A stretch of DNA of 64,000 bases. It comes from Patescibacteria group bacterium (GTDB lineage Bacteria; Patescibacteriota; Microgenomatia; UBA1400; PJMF01). Of the stretch, positions 9,427-18,650 are shown in pieces. Where the stretch lies: the NCBI GenBank assembly GCA_016861205.1, contig BOKX01000001.1, forward strand, positions 698,801 through 762,800. The letters run 5' to 3'. The position numbers and the translations under genes are program-made. The notes beneath the pieces are model-generated. The model was not told where the DNA came from, did not search any database, and saw nothing but the letters and a program-made list of their open reading frames with translations. Numbering within the stretch: the stretch's first letter is position 1; every line of letters begins with the position of its first letter.

Positions 9427-9804
9427 ATGCTGTTTTTCTTGTTTCTCGTAGTCACCACGCTTTTTTGGTTGGTTCCAGCCGTAATTGCCCTCAGCATCAT
9501 GTACTGGCCGCTGCTAACTTGGTTGAAATTCCGACGGCAAAAATTGAACAAAAAGGTTACCAAACAAGACAAAATCTGGCTCTTAGTTTTTTGTTTAGCA
9601 CTCTATCTACTGGTTGGCTGCTACTTTGCGTTTAACTTTTTGATTTTTCCCAACCGATTCGACCCAACCTATCTTGCATGGTTGCGAAGTAGTCCACCCT
9701 CAGAGTACCTTATGAACATCTTGCTCTGGCCCTTTTTGCTCGCTCAGACTTGGTACTTACGTTATCTTGATCCAGTATTTTTAGCCATCCTCCGTCAACG
9801 CTAG
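9427..9804 (+). CDS. Hypothetical membrane protein
   Basis: Three hydrophobic segments; TACAAT 5 nt before ATG. Confidence 0.65.
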   Translation: MLFFLFLVVTTLFWLVPAVIALSIMYWPLLTWLKFRRQKLNKKVTKQDKIWLLVFCLALYLLVGCYFAFNFLIFPNRFDPTYLAWLRSSPPSEYLMNILLWPFLLAQTWYLRYLDPVFLAILRQR

Positions 9805-9831
9805 CCAACTCCAAAAGTGCTATCATAGTCC

Positions 9832-9993
9832 ATGCAAAAAATTAAAATCGAGCAACACGCCCTGTGTGGTGGAGCGTGGTTTGCCGGCTGGTTATTCACC
9901 ATTGGCATCTTGGATCTCCATTTTTGGCAAGGTCTCTTAGGACTGGTGATCTGGCCCTACTACTTAGGTCGGGCACTGACTGGATTGATCTAG
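9832..9993 (+). CDS. 53-aa small membrane protein (below ORF-track cutoff)
   Basis: MQKIKIEQHALCGGAWFAGWLFTIGILDLHFWQGLLGLVIWPYYLGRALTGLI*, TATCAT 5 nt before ATG. Confidence 0.75.
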   Translation: MQKIKIEQHALCGGAWFAGWLFTIGILDLHFWQGLLGLVIWPYYLGRALTGLI

Positions 9994-10011
9994 GCTCACT
10001 CATCACAAGCC

Positions 10012-10745
10012 ATGAGCAATGAACTTGCCCTCCGCGACCAGTTACGAGCCGCACAGCGAGTAGCTTTGCCGCGCATTCCCAGCCCAACCGATACACAGTT
10101 GACCGTGGCATTTACTCTGAACACTTTGTCGGATCGTATTTAACTGACTTACCAAAGCTTGAGGGTGTCAGTTTTCTTGACCCATTTAAAGAAGCTAAAA
10201 CCAACGGTCAGAAACTAGCACTGCTCGATGTCGGGTGTGGCAACGGCAATTTTTTAATGGAGATGCGACAGATGTTTGGCAACGCGCACACACTGCATGG
10301 GCTGAGTCTCTTTGCGTACCATGATCTTGATTTGGCTGAAGCGTATGATTTCCAAGTTCAGTTGAAACCAATTGAACAGTTTCACGCACGCAACCAGTAC
10401 GATGTCATCGTGGCAGAGCAGTCACTCAACTACAGCTACAATCCTTTAATCGCACTGAAACGAGTCTATGCGGCATTGAAACCTGAAGGTCTGGCGTTTT
10501 TGGCACCAGTGTCGTTACAGTTTGCAACACAATCTGACCAAGATACATGTTTTGAGTTTTTGCGAAACAACTATGGCATGCAGATCACCCCGAGTACAAA
10601 AGGCCTCGTTCACCCCAGCTGGGGCCTGGCATTTCGTAAAACACTTCCTTCACTTAAAATTCCCGTTCAGATCGCTAAATTGGTAGAAGCAGGGAATGAA
10701 TATCATCAAGTCACTCAAGCACAATATCAATTCAGGACTCACTAA
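10012..10745 (+). pseudogene. Class I SAM-dependent methyltransferase with an apparent frameshift near 10060 (or assembly indel)
   Basis: LLDVGCGNG motif lies upstream of the ATG at 10257, in a frame open from 10023 with no start; ATG 10012 is in another frame and stops at 10143. Confidence 0.65.
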
Positions 10746-10781
10746 TGACACAATTTGCAAAAACGAGTATCGTAGAGAGAT

Positions 10782-11804
10782 ATGCCTCGCCGCTCCCGTG
10801 CCACCAAAACTCCTGCAGTTACTAAAACAGCCACTCGCAACTCGACCAAATCTGCTACACCGGCTGCTGCCACTGGCCACATTGCTGACATGGCTTTGCG
10901 AGCTTTAGCGATTTCGTGTGTTGTTGGTATTCACTTGTTGTCCGGCATACATAACTCACCGTACTGGAACTCATCGCCATTCCAAACCATCACAATTACC
11001 TATGACCAATTTGCTCGGTTGTGTGTGCCGTTGTTTGTGGCACTGTCTGGTTGGGGCTTGTGGCAAAAGTACCAGAAAACGGAGTTTAAACTGTGGGAGT
11101 TTTTCCAAAAACGTGTCTTTAAGCTCGTGCCACTCTACGCAGTCTGGACAGCTATTTTTATGCTCAGCTTTAGTTGGATTCCGGCCTGGCGACCTGGTGT
11201 GCCACAACCCAGTTTTCTCTACCAACTAATCTGGGGACGAGGTGATTATCACCTCTACTTCGTGCCGATGATTTTCCAGCTCTATTTAGCGTTTCCCATC
11301 ATCATGTGGTTGTACCGCCGCCAACCTTGGCTCGTTTTGTTCGTCGCCGCTATCGCTCAGGGTGCTTGGTACTGGTTCGCCGGTTTTCAACAACAGTTGC
11401 CCACTTTTCGCTACTTCCAAAGTGATCAGCAACAGTACATTTGGGCAGTTTCATGGATTTGGTACTTTGTACTTGGCATGACTTTGACACGCATTCATGC
11501 GGCGTATCAAAAACGACCAACCTTAGTTTGGCTGACTGCACTAGCTACGGGGTTGGGTTTCTGGTGGGCAGCTAGTAGTGCGCTGGGCGCAGTGCATGGT
11601 GGTCAAGATCCATTGATTGCCACCCGCTTTACCCGCTTCCCAGTGCTCGCCTATGCGACAGCCCTCATCCCGTTGCTGACCTGGCTAGCGCAAGGCCTCA
11701 AGTCTGCACCAAAGTGGGTGCTCCAAATTGGCAAACACTCGTACAGCATTTACCTTTCTCACACTTGGTTCTTGCGGTTGTTTTTTACCTGGTGGTATCG
11801 ATAA
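10782..11804 (+). CDS. Acyltransferase family 3 (OafA/WecH-like) membrane O-acyltransferase
   Basis: DMALRALAISCVVGIH, VPLFVALSG, YHLYFV, SYSIYLSH. Confidence 0.9.
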   Translation: MPRRSRATKTPAVTKTATRNSTKSATPAAATGHIADMALRALAISCVVGIHLLSGIHNSPYWNSSPFQTITITYDQFARLCVPLFVALSGWGLWQKYQKTEFKLWEFFQKRVFKLVPLYAVWTAIFMLSFSWIPAWRPGVPQPSFLYQLIWGRGDYHLYFVPMIFQLYLAFPIIMWLYRRQPWLVLFVAAIAQGAWYWFAGFQQQLPTFRYFQSDQQQYIWAVSWIWYFVLGMTLTRIHAAYQKRPTLVWLTALATGLGFWWAASSALGAVHGGQDPLIATRFTRFPVLAYATALIPLLTWLAQGLKSAPKWVLQIGKHSYSIYLSHTWFLRLFFTWWYR

Positions 11805-11858
11805 ACTGCACCCGGCACATCCTCTATAAAATTAACTCAATTGAGTTACAATGGGTTG

Positions 11859-12878
11859 GTGAACCAAGCTCGAGTCATTTGGTCTGTAATGCTAGCCTGT
11901 CTGCTGGCTTTGCTCTTGGGATGGTGGTTACTGCAGATTGAAACGCGGATTTCAGTAGCTGACCAATTGGTACCCACAACCCCGGTGCCCGTTGTCACTC
12001 CTTCGCCAACTCCCGTTTCTGCCAAAATTCTCTTTGGGGGTGATGTCATGCTCGACCGCTCGATTCGTCAAAGTTTAGACAAGCATGGCGCAAACTTTGT
12101 TCTCGAACCACTGCGGTCGGTGATAGCTGAGTATGATCTGGTAGTCGCTAATCTTGAGGGTCCAATCACGCCGAACCCCTCCCGCAGTGTCAACTCAGAA
12201 ATTGGTTCAACCAGTAACTATATTTTCACTTTCGATCCTGCCGTCGTACCAATGTTGGCCGAGTTTAAACTCTTGATGCTCAACCTTGGCAATAACCATA
12301 TTAACAACTTTGGTACCGCTGGAGCGACCAGCACCAAAACCTACCTTAGCCAAGGTGGGATTGGTTTTTTTGGCAACACCAATCATGAGCAAAACAGTGC
12401 GGAGCGGGTTGCTTTTTCTGAGGTACACGGTATTCAAATTGCCTGGGTAAACTATAATCAGTTTGTACTGAGCGGACTAGAAGCTGCTCTGGATGACATC
12501 TCTTGGGCTAGACCTCAAGCTGATGTGGTCATCATGGTGGCTCACTGGGACAACGAGTACGCTGCGAACCCCGCCAACGTTACGGAGCAAACGGCCGCCC
12601 GATTCATTGACGCTGGTGTTGACCTCGTCATCGGTGCCCATCCACATGTTGTTCAACCTTGGGCTGAGTATCGCGGAAAACGAATTTACTACTCGCTCGG
12701 CAACTTTGTCTTCGACCAATACTTTCAACCTGAAACACAACGAGGATTGTTAGTCGGTGTAGAAATACATCCAGACCTAACGCTCACGTTTACTGAAATC
12801 CCTATCCAGTTACGACCAAACGGGCAGACACACCTCGCACCGGCCACTACCGTCGGAGTACCTGCCAACCGCCCCTAA
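11859..12878 (+). CDS. CapA-family metallophosphoesterase
   Basis: GGDVM, NLEG, GNNH, HW, GAHPHV, YSLGNFVFDQ; N-terminal TM. Confidence 0.9.
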   Translation: MNQARVIWSVMLACLLALLLGWWLLQIETRISVADQLVPTTPVPVVTPSPTPVSAKILFGGDVMLDRSIRQSLDKHGANFVLEPLRSVIAEYDLVVANLEGPITPNPSRSVNSEIGSTSNYIFTFDPAVVPMLAEFKLLMLNLGNNHINNFGTAGATSTKTYLSQGGIGFFGNTNHEQNSAERVAFSEVHGIQIAWVNYNQFVLSGLEAALDDISWARPQADVVIMVAHWDNEYAANPANVTEQTAARFIDAGVDLVIGAHPHVVQPWAEYRGKRIYYSLGNFVFDQYFQPETQRGLLVGVEIHPDLTLTFTEIPIQLRPNGQTHLAPATTVGVPANRP

Positions 12879-13833
12879 TGGTTCCCCACATAACTGCTAC
12901 ATCACTGGTGAGCTGCAAAATTGGCAGCCAATACTGGCCCGCGGCAACATCTGCCGCGTGTTTCCACCAACTCCATACAATGTACCCGACCGACGCGATC
13001 ATGAACCCAACTCCCAACCAAGTGTTCCCCGTTACTACGTAGGTTATAAGCCAAACCAGGGCAATCACGTAGCGGCCGAAAATTGCCGCCACTTTTGGTC
13101 GCCATAAACCGGCCCGCACATCGCCAGTCGCGAAAGCCGCGATCATTTGCAAAAACTCGGCCAGATTCCGGCGTGGCCGCCACTTCACGATGGCTTTTTG
13201 ATTAAAGCTAAACTGCAGTTGCGGGTGAGTTGTTTTGCTCAATTGCCACAAGGTTCGCGCCAACCAGTAATCCTCACTCACCAACAAATGCTCCGGAAAT
13301 CCTCCCACCAACTGCCAAGCCCGTCGATCAATCAGCATCGATCGTGAAGCTGGCAAGAAGTGCTGCGGATTAACTCGGCTGGGCATCACCAACGCAAAAG
13401 GTAACTCAGCCGCTTCAAACGCGGTCTTGGCTTGACCTTGATAGTACCCAGCCACCACCGGCCAGTGCGAGGCGGCTGCGATATCTTGCGCCGTTTGAAC
13501 CAACTCTGCTAGCCACTCTTTCACCGGCACACAACCGGCATCAGTGATAGCTAACCACTCCGCAGCCGTGTTCTGAATCGCTAGGTTGCGACCTTGGCTT
13601 CGGTTCCCGGACTGTTGCACAACTTTGAGAACCAACTTCGGAAACTGCTGCTTGGCTGTTTGCAACCACTCAAAAGTCCCATCACTCGAACCCGCGTCAA
13701 CGATCACCACTTCATCAGGCTGCAGAGTTTGTTGGCTCAAACCAGTTAGCAACGCTGCAATACTGGTGCGCTCATTCAACACCGTTGCGATAACGGCTAC
13801 TTTGGGATGCGGCGAACGTGTCTGTTTAGACAT
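12847..13833 (-). CDS. GT2 family glycosyltransferase
   Basis: VIATVLNE, IVDAGSSDGT, ITDAG, SED motifs. Confidence 0.9.
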   Translation of the reverse strand: MSKQTRSPHPKVAVIATVLNERTSIAALLTGLSQQTLQPDEVVIVDAGSSDGTFEWLQTAKQQFPKLVLKVVQQSGNRSQGRNLAIQNTAAEWLAITDAGCVPVKEWLAELVQTAQDIAAASHWPVVAGYYQGQAKTAFEAAELPFALVMPSRVNPQHFLPASRSMLIDRRAWQLVGGFPEHLLVSEDYWLARTLWQLSKTTHPQLQFSFNQKAIVKWRPRRNLAEFLQMIAAFATGDVRAGLWRPKVAAIFGRYVIALVWLITYVVTGNTWLGVGFMIASVGYIVWSWWKHAADVAAGQYWLPILQLTSDVAVMWGTIRGGWQVLRR

Positions 13834-14875
13834 GTCGACTCCATAACTCCAAGTACAGCTCTGCCACTTTGGCCCAAGTTTGTTGCCGCGCCCAAGCAGC
13901 TGCCAACTTAACATGAGCTTGCTCAGTCGGACTGGGATGCAGCCAGCTGGTAATACATTGGGCGATAGCCGCTGGTTGCGACTCTGCCCGGAGCCAATGT
14001 GAGCCAGGATAGGTTTGCAAGTAGCGTTCTTTCAGTGGCAAACTGTAGGCTGAAATGACCGGTTTGCCCATCGCTTGAGCCTCCAAAATACTTAGGTATG
14101 AACTGGCTAAGACAACATCAGCCTTCTGCAGCTGCGAAGTTGGATTATCTATCCAACCTGTCACTGTCCCAAATTCCTCACACTGCGGCCGCCAGCTACC
14201 GTCGCCGACCCAGGTCACACTGACTGGCACATGTTGGTCTCGCAGCAAACGCAACGCGGTCAAGTAGCTATCGATGTCGTTGTCTGCCTCTAATCGCCCC
14301 ACAAAAGTCACTCGCAGCTTTGTACGAGAACTGGGCCACCGCGGCAAGGGCAGCGAATCCGACACCCCACCATACGTCACCAAATCTGGTCGATCCCAAT
14401 AGAACTCTTGAATCCAAGCTCCCACATGAACACTGCCACGGGCAATCGTGTTCAAAAACCATCGCTGGACTTTGGCTGTGGTTGGGATTGGCCATGTAGT
14501 TTCCCAACCGTGAAAAGTGATAAACAGTTTCGGGCGAACCAGCCACCAAACTGGCAGCAACCACCAACCAACATCGTGAACCTGAATCACATCCGCACTG
14601 TGCAGGAGTTCGCGGTGCTGCCACCACCAGCGCCAAATGGTCAGTTTGTACCGCCAACTTGTTTGGTTGAGCACGGCTGACGGTAGCCGTACAATGGTTT
14701 GCCCTTGCCAAGTTTCTTGCTCGGGAGCCTGGTCAGTTTCAGGTTGTGTCACCACTGTGACCCGGTGACCAGCGGCGATCAATGCTCGGCTAACTTCGCC
14801 CACATGTGTTTCCACCCCACCGCGATGGGGCCAGTAGTGGGCAGCTAGGTGCACAATCTGCATACTTGAACTCAC
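13826..14875 (-). CDS. GT4 family glycosyltransferase
   Basis: YWPHRGGVE, FVGRL, LEAQAMGKPVI. Confidence 0.9.
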   Translation of the reverse strand: MSSSMQIVHLAAHYWPHRGGVETHVGEVSRALIAAGHRVTVVTQPETDQAPEQETWQGQTIVRLPSAVLNQTSWRYKLTIWRWWWQHRELLHSADVIQVHDVGWWLLPVWWLVRPKLFITFHGWETTWPIPTTAKVQRWFLNTIARGSVHVGAWIQEFYWDRPDLVTYGGVSDSLPLPRWPSSRTKLRVTFVGRLEADNDIDSYLTALRLLRDQHVPVSVTWVGDGSWRPQCEEFGTVTGWIDNPTSQLQKADVVLASSYLSILEAQAMGKPVISAYSLPLKERYLQTYPGSHWLRAESQPAAIAQCITSWLHPSPTEQAHVKLAAAWARQQTWAKVAELYLELWSRHV

Positions 14876-15627
14876 TTTTTTTGCCGACCAATTGGCTTAC
14901 GTGCAATGATTTGAATGTCGGCTGCACCCGCAACTTTGGCGGATAATCGGTCAAACCAATGAAACAGCGGCACCAAAGGACCGCGAATACCTTTGATCAA
15001 AATCCCCAACGGCGACGTAAACAAAATGTTTCGCAGCGGACCTTCCACTGCTCGTTGGTACTCAACTTCAAAACCCGCTTCCGTGACGAGCTTCACGATC
15101 TGCGCGACTGTGTAGCGGCGCACATGCCCAACGGCTTGGTCAAAGTGGCGATAATAACCCAAGTGATACAGCCACAACTCCCGACTGGGAGTAGTTAACA
15201 CCAGTTGTCCACCTGGTTTAAGTTGTGTCCAAATCAGATCCAACAGTTTTTGATCATCAGGCACGTGTTCAATAACTTCCGAACACAAGACTAGATCGTA
15301 CTTCCCTTTGCCGGAGTGTAACTCACCCACCCGAAAGGTGACGTTGTCTAAGTCTAGCGACTGAGCCGCGTTGGTAGCGATCCCAATTGCCCGTGGTGAA
15401 ACATCCAAACCTTGCACTTTGGCACCTTTATGAGCCAGCCACAGACTCAATGTACCCACACCACAACCGACATCCAAAATGTCTAACCCCTGGTACTGCT
15501 GTGGTAAGCAAGCTTGGTGCAAGAGTTCAAAGATATAAAAGTAAGTAAAGTTATTCACTCCAATGAGCTTGTTAAATCGATCATTTTGTCGGTGATAGTG
15601 GTCGTAAAAAGCTTGTCGAGTAGCCAT
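14872..15627 (-). CDS. Class I SAM-dependent methyltransferase
   Basis: LDVGCGVG, SEVIEHV, LKPGG, GHVRRY; start chosen to avoid overlap with the divergent gene. Confidence 0.88.
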   Translation of the reverse strand: MATRQAFYDHYHRQNDRFNKLIGVNNFTYFYIFELLHQACLPQQYQGLDILDVGCGVGTLSLWLAHKGAKVQGLDVSPRAIGIATNAAQSLDLDNVTFRVGELHSGKGKYDLVLCSEVIEHVPDDQKLLDLIWTQLKPGGQLVLTTPSRELWLYHLGYYRHFDQAVGHVRRYTVAQIVKLVTEAGFEVEYQRAVEGPLRNILFTSPLGILIKGIRGPLVPLFHWFDRLSAKVAGAADIQIIARKPIGRQKK

Positions 15628-15640
15628 GGAAGGAGCATAC

Positions 15641-17230
15641 ATGAAGGCAACCGTTTTAGCCAGTTTGAGCTTGGGGTTGTGGCTGGGAGTGGCCGGCTGG
15701 CCCACGCAGGCAGTGGCAGCGCCTGTGTTTCAAGATGACTTCAGTCAAGGTTTTTCCAAATGGGAAACCACCCGCACTCGACCTGAACTTTGGAAAGTCG
15801 TAGACGAGCAAGCTGAAGCCTATATCACCACTCGCTCCACTGTTATCGAGATGGTACCCAAAACCGAGTACTGGAACTCACGTTGGCAGAATATTGAGTA
15901 TGAACTTGATTACACACCGCTCGAAGGTAGTGATAAAAATATCTCTTTTGGCTTCGAAAACCTGGCCAACTGGTACGAGTTTCACTTCGTGGACAGTTTT
16001 TACAACTTGGTCCGGGTCCTGAATGGCTCGACGCCCTTCAGCATCAACCGGCCGTTCACTATGATTAATGGTCAAACCTACCGCGTAAAAATCAGGTTTA
16101 ACAGTGGTTTGATCTCGATCTGGATTAATGGTGAGTTGGTTGGTGAAGAGTACGATCCAACCTTTAATCAAAACTACGGCAAAATCGGCATCAAAGCCGG
16201 AACCGGAGCTGTCGCTCCTACTCGCGTTCGATTTGACAACATCTCAGTGACTGAGCTGACCGAACCCACTGCCCCAGCACAAGTGACACTCTTCAAACAG
16301 AGTGATCCTCTCTGGGCTGAGCAGGAGTACGACTCGGCTACCCGCTGGAGTCAGAACCCCACCATCCGTCGCTGGGGCTGCGCCCTGACTAGCATGGCCA
16401 TGATCTTACGCTATCACGGTCTGACGCAACTACCTGACGGTAGTGATCTAACCCCAGCCACACTGAATGCATGGCTAAAAAGCCAAGCTGACGGATACCT
16501 AGGCGAAGGCGCCCTCAACTGGCTAGCCGTGACTCGGTTGACCAAGCAACTCAGTGACCAGCAGGGCACGCCTGCTCTTGAGTATCGAGCAGTCAGTGGC
16601 AGCGACTTGGCAACGGCTCAGCAAGAAATTTCGGCCCAAAAACCAGTCGTGCTACAACTACCTGGTCACTTCGTGGTCGGTGATACGGTGCTGCCAGCTG
16701 ATATTGGCATCAAAGACCCTGCCTATACCTTCACTCAGCTCTCACAGCATCGGACACCAATTCTCTCAACCCGCACCTTTCAACCCAGCCACACTGACCT
16801 GAGCTATCTGCTGTTCTTGCACGACCCAGAACTCCAGCTCACGATCACTGATGAGTCGGGCCAAACAGTGGCTCAAACTCGGCTGACTGAACAACTGCGT
16901 GACCCAGTCACTGGGCGGCAAACTCGATCTCTCACCCAAACACTGGTGGCTCAGCCGCGGGCTGGAACCTATCGGATTGCGGTCAACGCCCAGCGCTCAC
17001 AAACCTACACTCTGCAAGCTTGGGTGTATGACCCAGCTGGCCAACCAACCCGACTCAGTCACAGTGGAGTGACGAGTCAAAAAGGTGACAAGCTTGAGTT
17101 ACTCGTTAACTACGAGTCAGCAGCGCCCCGTCAGCACCGGAGTCAGTTGCGAGCTGTGCCCAGCAAAAAACTGCCAAGGTTTTGGTGGCCACATTGGTAC
17201 TGGGCACAGTACTTGAAACACCGTCGCTAA
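15641..17230 (+). CDS. Exported protein with ConA-like (DUF1080-type) domain and C39-like peptidase domain
   Basis: Signal peptide; FQDDFS...GKIG...FDNI; FKQSDPLW...GCALTSMAM...GHFVV...IKDP triad. Confidence 0.75.
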   Translation: MKATVLASLSLGLWLGVAGWPTQAVAAPVFQDDFSQGFSKWETTRTRPELWKVVDEQAEAYITTRSTVIEMVPKTEYWNSRWQNIEYELDYTPLEGSDKNISFGFENLANWYEFHFVDSFYNLVRVLNGSTPFSINRPFTMINGQTYRVKIRFNSGLISIWINGELVGEEYDPTFNQNYGKIGIKAGTGAVAPTRVRFDNISVTELTEPTAPAQVTLFKQSDPLWAEQEYDSATRWSQNPTIRRWGCALTSMAMILRYHGLTQLPDGSDLTPATLNAWLKSQADGYLGEGALNWLAVTRLTKQLSDQQGTPALEYRAVSGSDLATAQQEISAQKPVVLQLPGHFVVGDTVLPADIGIKDPAYTFTQLSQHRTPILSTRTFQPSHTDLSYLLFLHDPELQLTITDESGQTVAQTRLTEQLRDPVTGRQTRSLTQTLVAQPRAGTYRIAVNAQRSQTYTLQAWVYDPAGQPTRLSHSGVTSQKGDKLELLVNYESAAPRQHRSQLRAVPSKKLPRFWWPHWYWAQYLKHRR

Positions 17231-17266
17231 CGTCGACTTGCTTCGGCCATGTATACTAGAAGCTCG

Positions 17267-18331
17267 ATGAATAGCACTTTTTGGACCAAACTAGCCCGCC
17301 CAATCATTGGTTTGTCACCCATGGATGGGGTGACCGATCAGCCGTACCGGCAGATACAAAAAAAGTATGGTCAGCCAGCTTTGATTTACACGGAGTTCAC
17401 CAGTGTCGAAGGCCTGTGTCACGGAGCGGAACGCTTGCTCAAAGAGTTTCTTTTTGACGAAACCCAACGACCGGTGATTGGCCAGATTTACGGAAGTACC
17501 CCCGAGTACTTTCGCCAAGCTGCCATTTTGTTGTGCGAGCTGGGCTTTGATGGCATCGATATCAATATGGGTTGCCCCGCCAAAAATGTCGCCCATTCAG
17601 GCGCCGGGGCCGCGTTGATAAAAACACCTCACCTAGCTCAAGATATTATTCGGGCTGTTAAAACTGGTATCGCCGAGTGGCAGTCTGGTCAAACAACCGC
17701 CGACTGTCCCGACATTATTCCCAGCATCACGGCCGAGGTGGCCAGACGAAAAGCCCTGTTACCGACGGAGTATCAAACCACCCGACCGGTACCTGTCAGC
17801 GTTAAAACCCGAGTCGGTTACGACCAACCGGTGATTGCAGACTGGATTCCCACGCTATTGGAAATGGAACCAGCTACCATCGCGCTACACGGTCGGACCC
17901 TCAAACAACACTACGGTGGCGTGGCCAACTGGGAGTACATCGGCCAAGCGGCTGAGCTGGCCCACCAAACCTCTACCTTGCTGGTGGGCAATGGTGATGT
18001 CAGTTCCTACGAAGATGCGTTGCAAAAGTGTCAGACCTATCACTTAGACGGTGCCTTGATTGGCCGAGCCAGCTTTGGGAATCCCTATGTGTTTCAACCA
18101 GCCGATCAAACTCCGGCTTCGCCGACCCGTTTTCAAATTGCGCTCGAACACGCACAGCTGTTTGAACAAACGTTTAGTCATGATGAACGTTACAACTTTT
18201 TGCCGATGCGCAAGCATCTGGGTTGGTACGTCCGGGAAGTCGCGAACGCCAGTCAAATTCGAGTGGAGTTGTTTCAAACCAACACCAGCCAGGAAGTGGC
18301 GACTATCCTAAACCACCATGGCTTGTTATAA
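17267..18331 (+). CDS. dus: tRNA-dihydrouridine synthase
   Basis: LSPMDGVTD, GIDINMGCP, HGRT, GNGDV, IGRA..GNP. Confidence 0.93.
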   Translation: MNSTFWTKLARPIIGLSPMDGVTDQPYRQIQKKYGQPALIYTEFTSVEGLCHGAERLLKEFLFDETQRPVIGQIYGSTPEYFRQAAILLCELGFDGIDINMGCPAKNVAHSGAGAALIKTPHLAQDIIRAVKTGIAEWQSGQTTADCPDIIPSITAEVARRKALLPTEYQTTRPVPVSVKTRVGYDQPVIADWIPTLLEMEPATIALHGRTLKQHYGGVANWEYIGQAAELAHQTSTLLVGNGDVSSYEDALQKCQTYHLDGALIGRASFGNPYVFQPADQTPASPTRFQIALEHAQLFEQTFSHDERYNFLPMRKHLGWYVREVANASQIRVELFQTNTSQEVATILNHHGLL

Positions 18332-18332
18332 T
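18324..18332 (+). promoter_or_regulatory. Extended -10 promoter of the tRNA-Val locus
   Basis: TGTTATAAT overlapping the dus stop, 9 nt upstream of the tRNA 5' end. Confidence 0.7.
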
Positions 18333-18341
18333 ACGTCTCGA

Positions 18342-18388
18342 GGTCGCATAGTCTCAGTTGGTTAGAGCGCTCGATTCACATTCGAGAG
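18342..18388 (+). pseudogene. 5' part of the disrupted host tRNA-Val(CAC) / attL
   Basis: GGTCGCA, D arm (one extra T at 18352), CTCGA-TTCACAT-TCGAG; the matching acceptor strand TGCGACC is at 24996-25002. Confidence 0.88.
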
Positions 18389-18458
18389 TTCGAACACTCC
18401 ACCCACATTCGTGAGTCCGAGTACTGAGGCAATGCAGCCAAGAGTCAAAAAAGAATGA

Positions 18459-18535
18459 GGTCAATTAGCTCAGTTGGTTAGAGCGCGCGATTCACATTCG
18501 CGAGGTCACAAGTTCGAGTCTTGTATTGACCACCA
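18459..18535 (+). tRNA. Element-borne intact tRNA-Val(CAC)
   Basis: GGTCAAT/ATTGACC, CGCGA-TTCACAT-TCGCG, ACAAG-TTCGAGT-CTTGT, ACCA. Confidence 0.95.
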
Positions 18536-18536
18536 T

Positions 18537-18633
18537 GTAGGGAAACAAACTAGCCCCTACGAGTTGAGAAAGGAGGAAGTATGCCTTTTTTCTCACGCCT
18601 AAGCGGAAGGCAACCTCGGTGAAACACAACGAG
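18537..18633 (+). terminator. Hairpin series / probable terminator between the element tRNA and the integrase
   Basis: GTAGGG/CCCTAC, TGAGAAAGGAGG/CCTTTTTTCTCA, GCCT/AGGC, CTCG/CGAG stems. Confidence 0.55.
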
Positions 18634-18650
18634 CTCTGCTCCGCACCTGT

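Noticed and set aside
18581-18650. Programmed frameshift from the SD-led mini-ORF into the integrase at the T6 run
   Set aside because: The integrase frame has a TAA a few codons after the T-run
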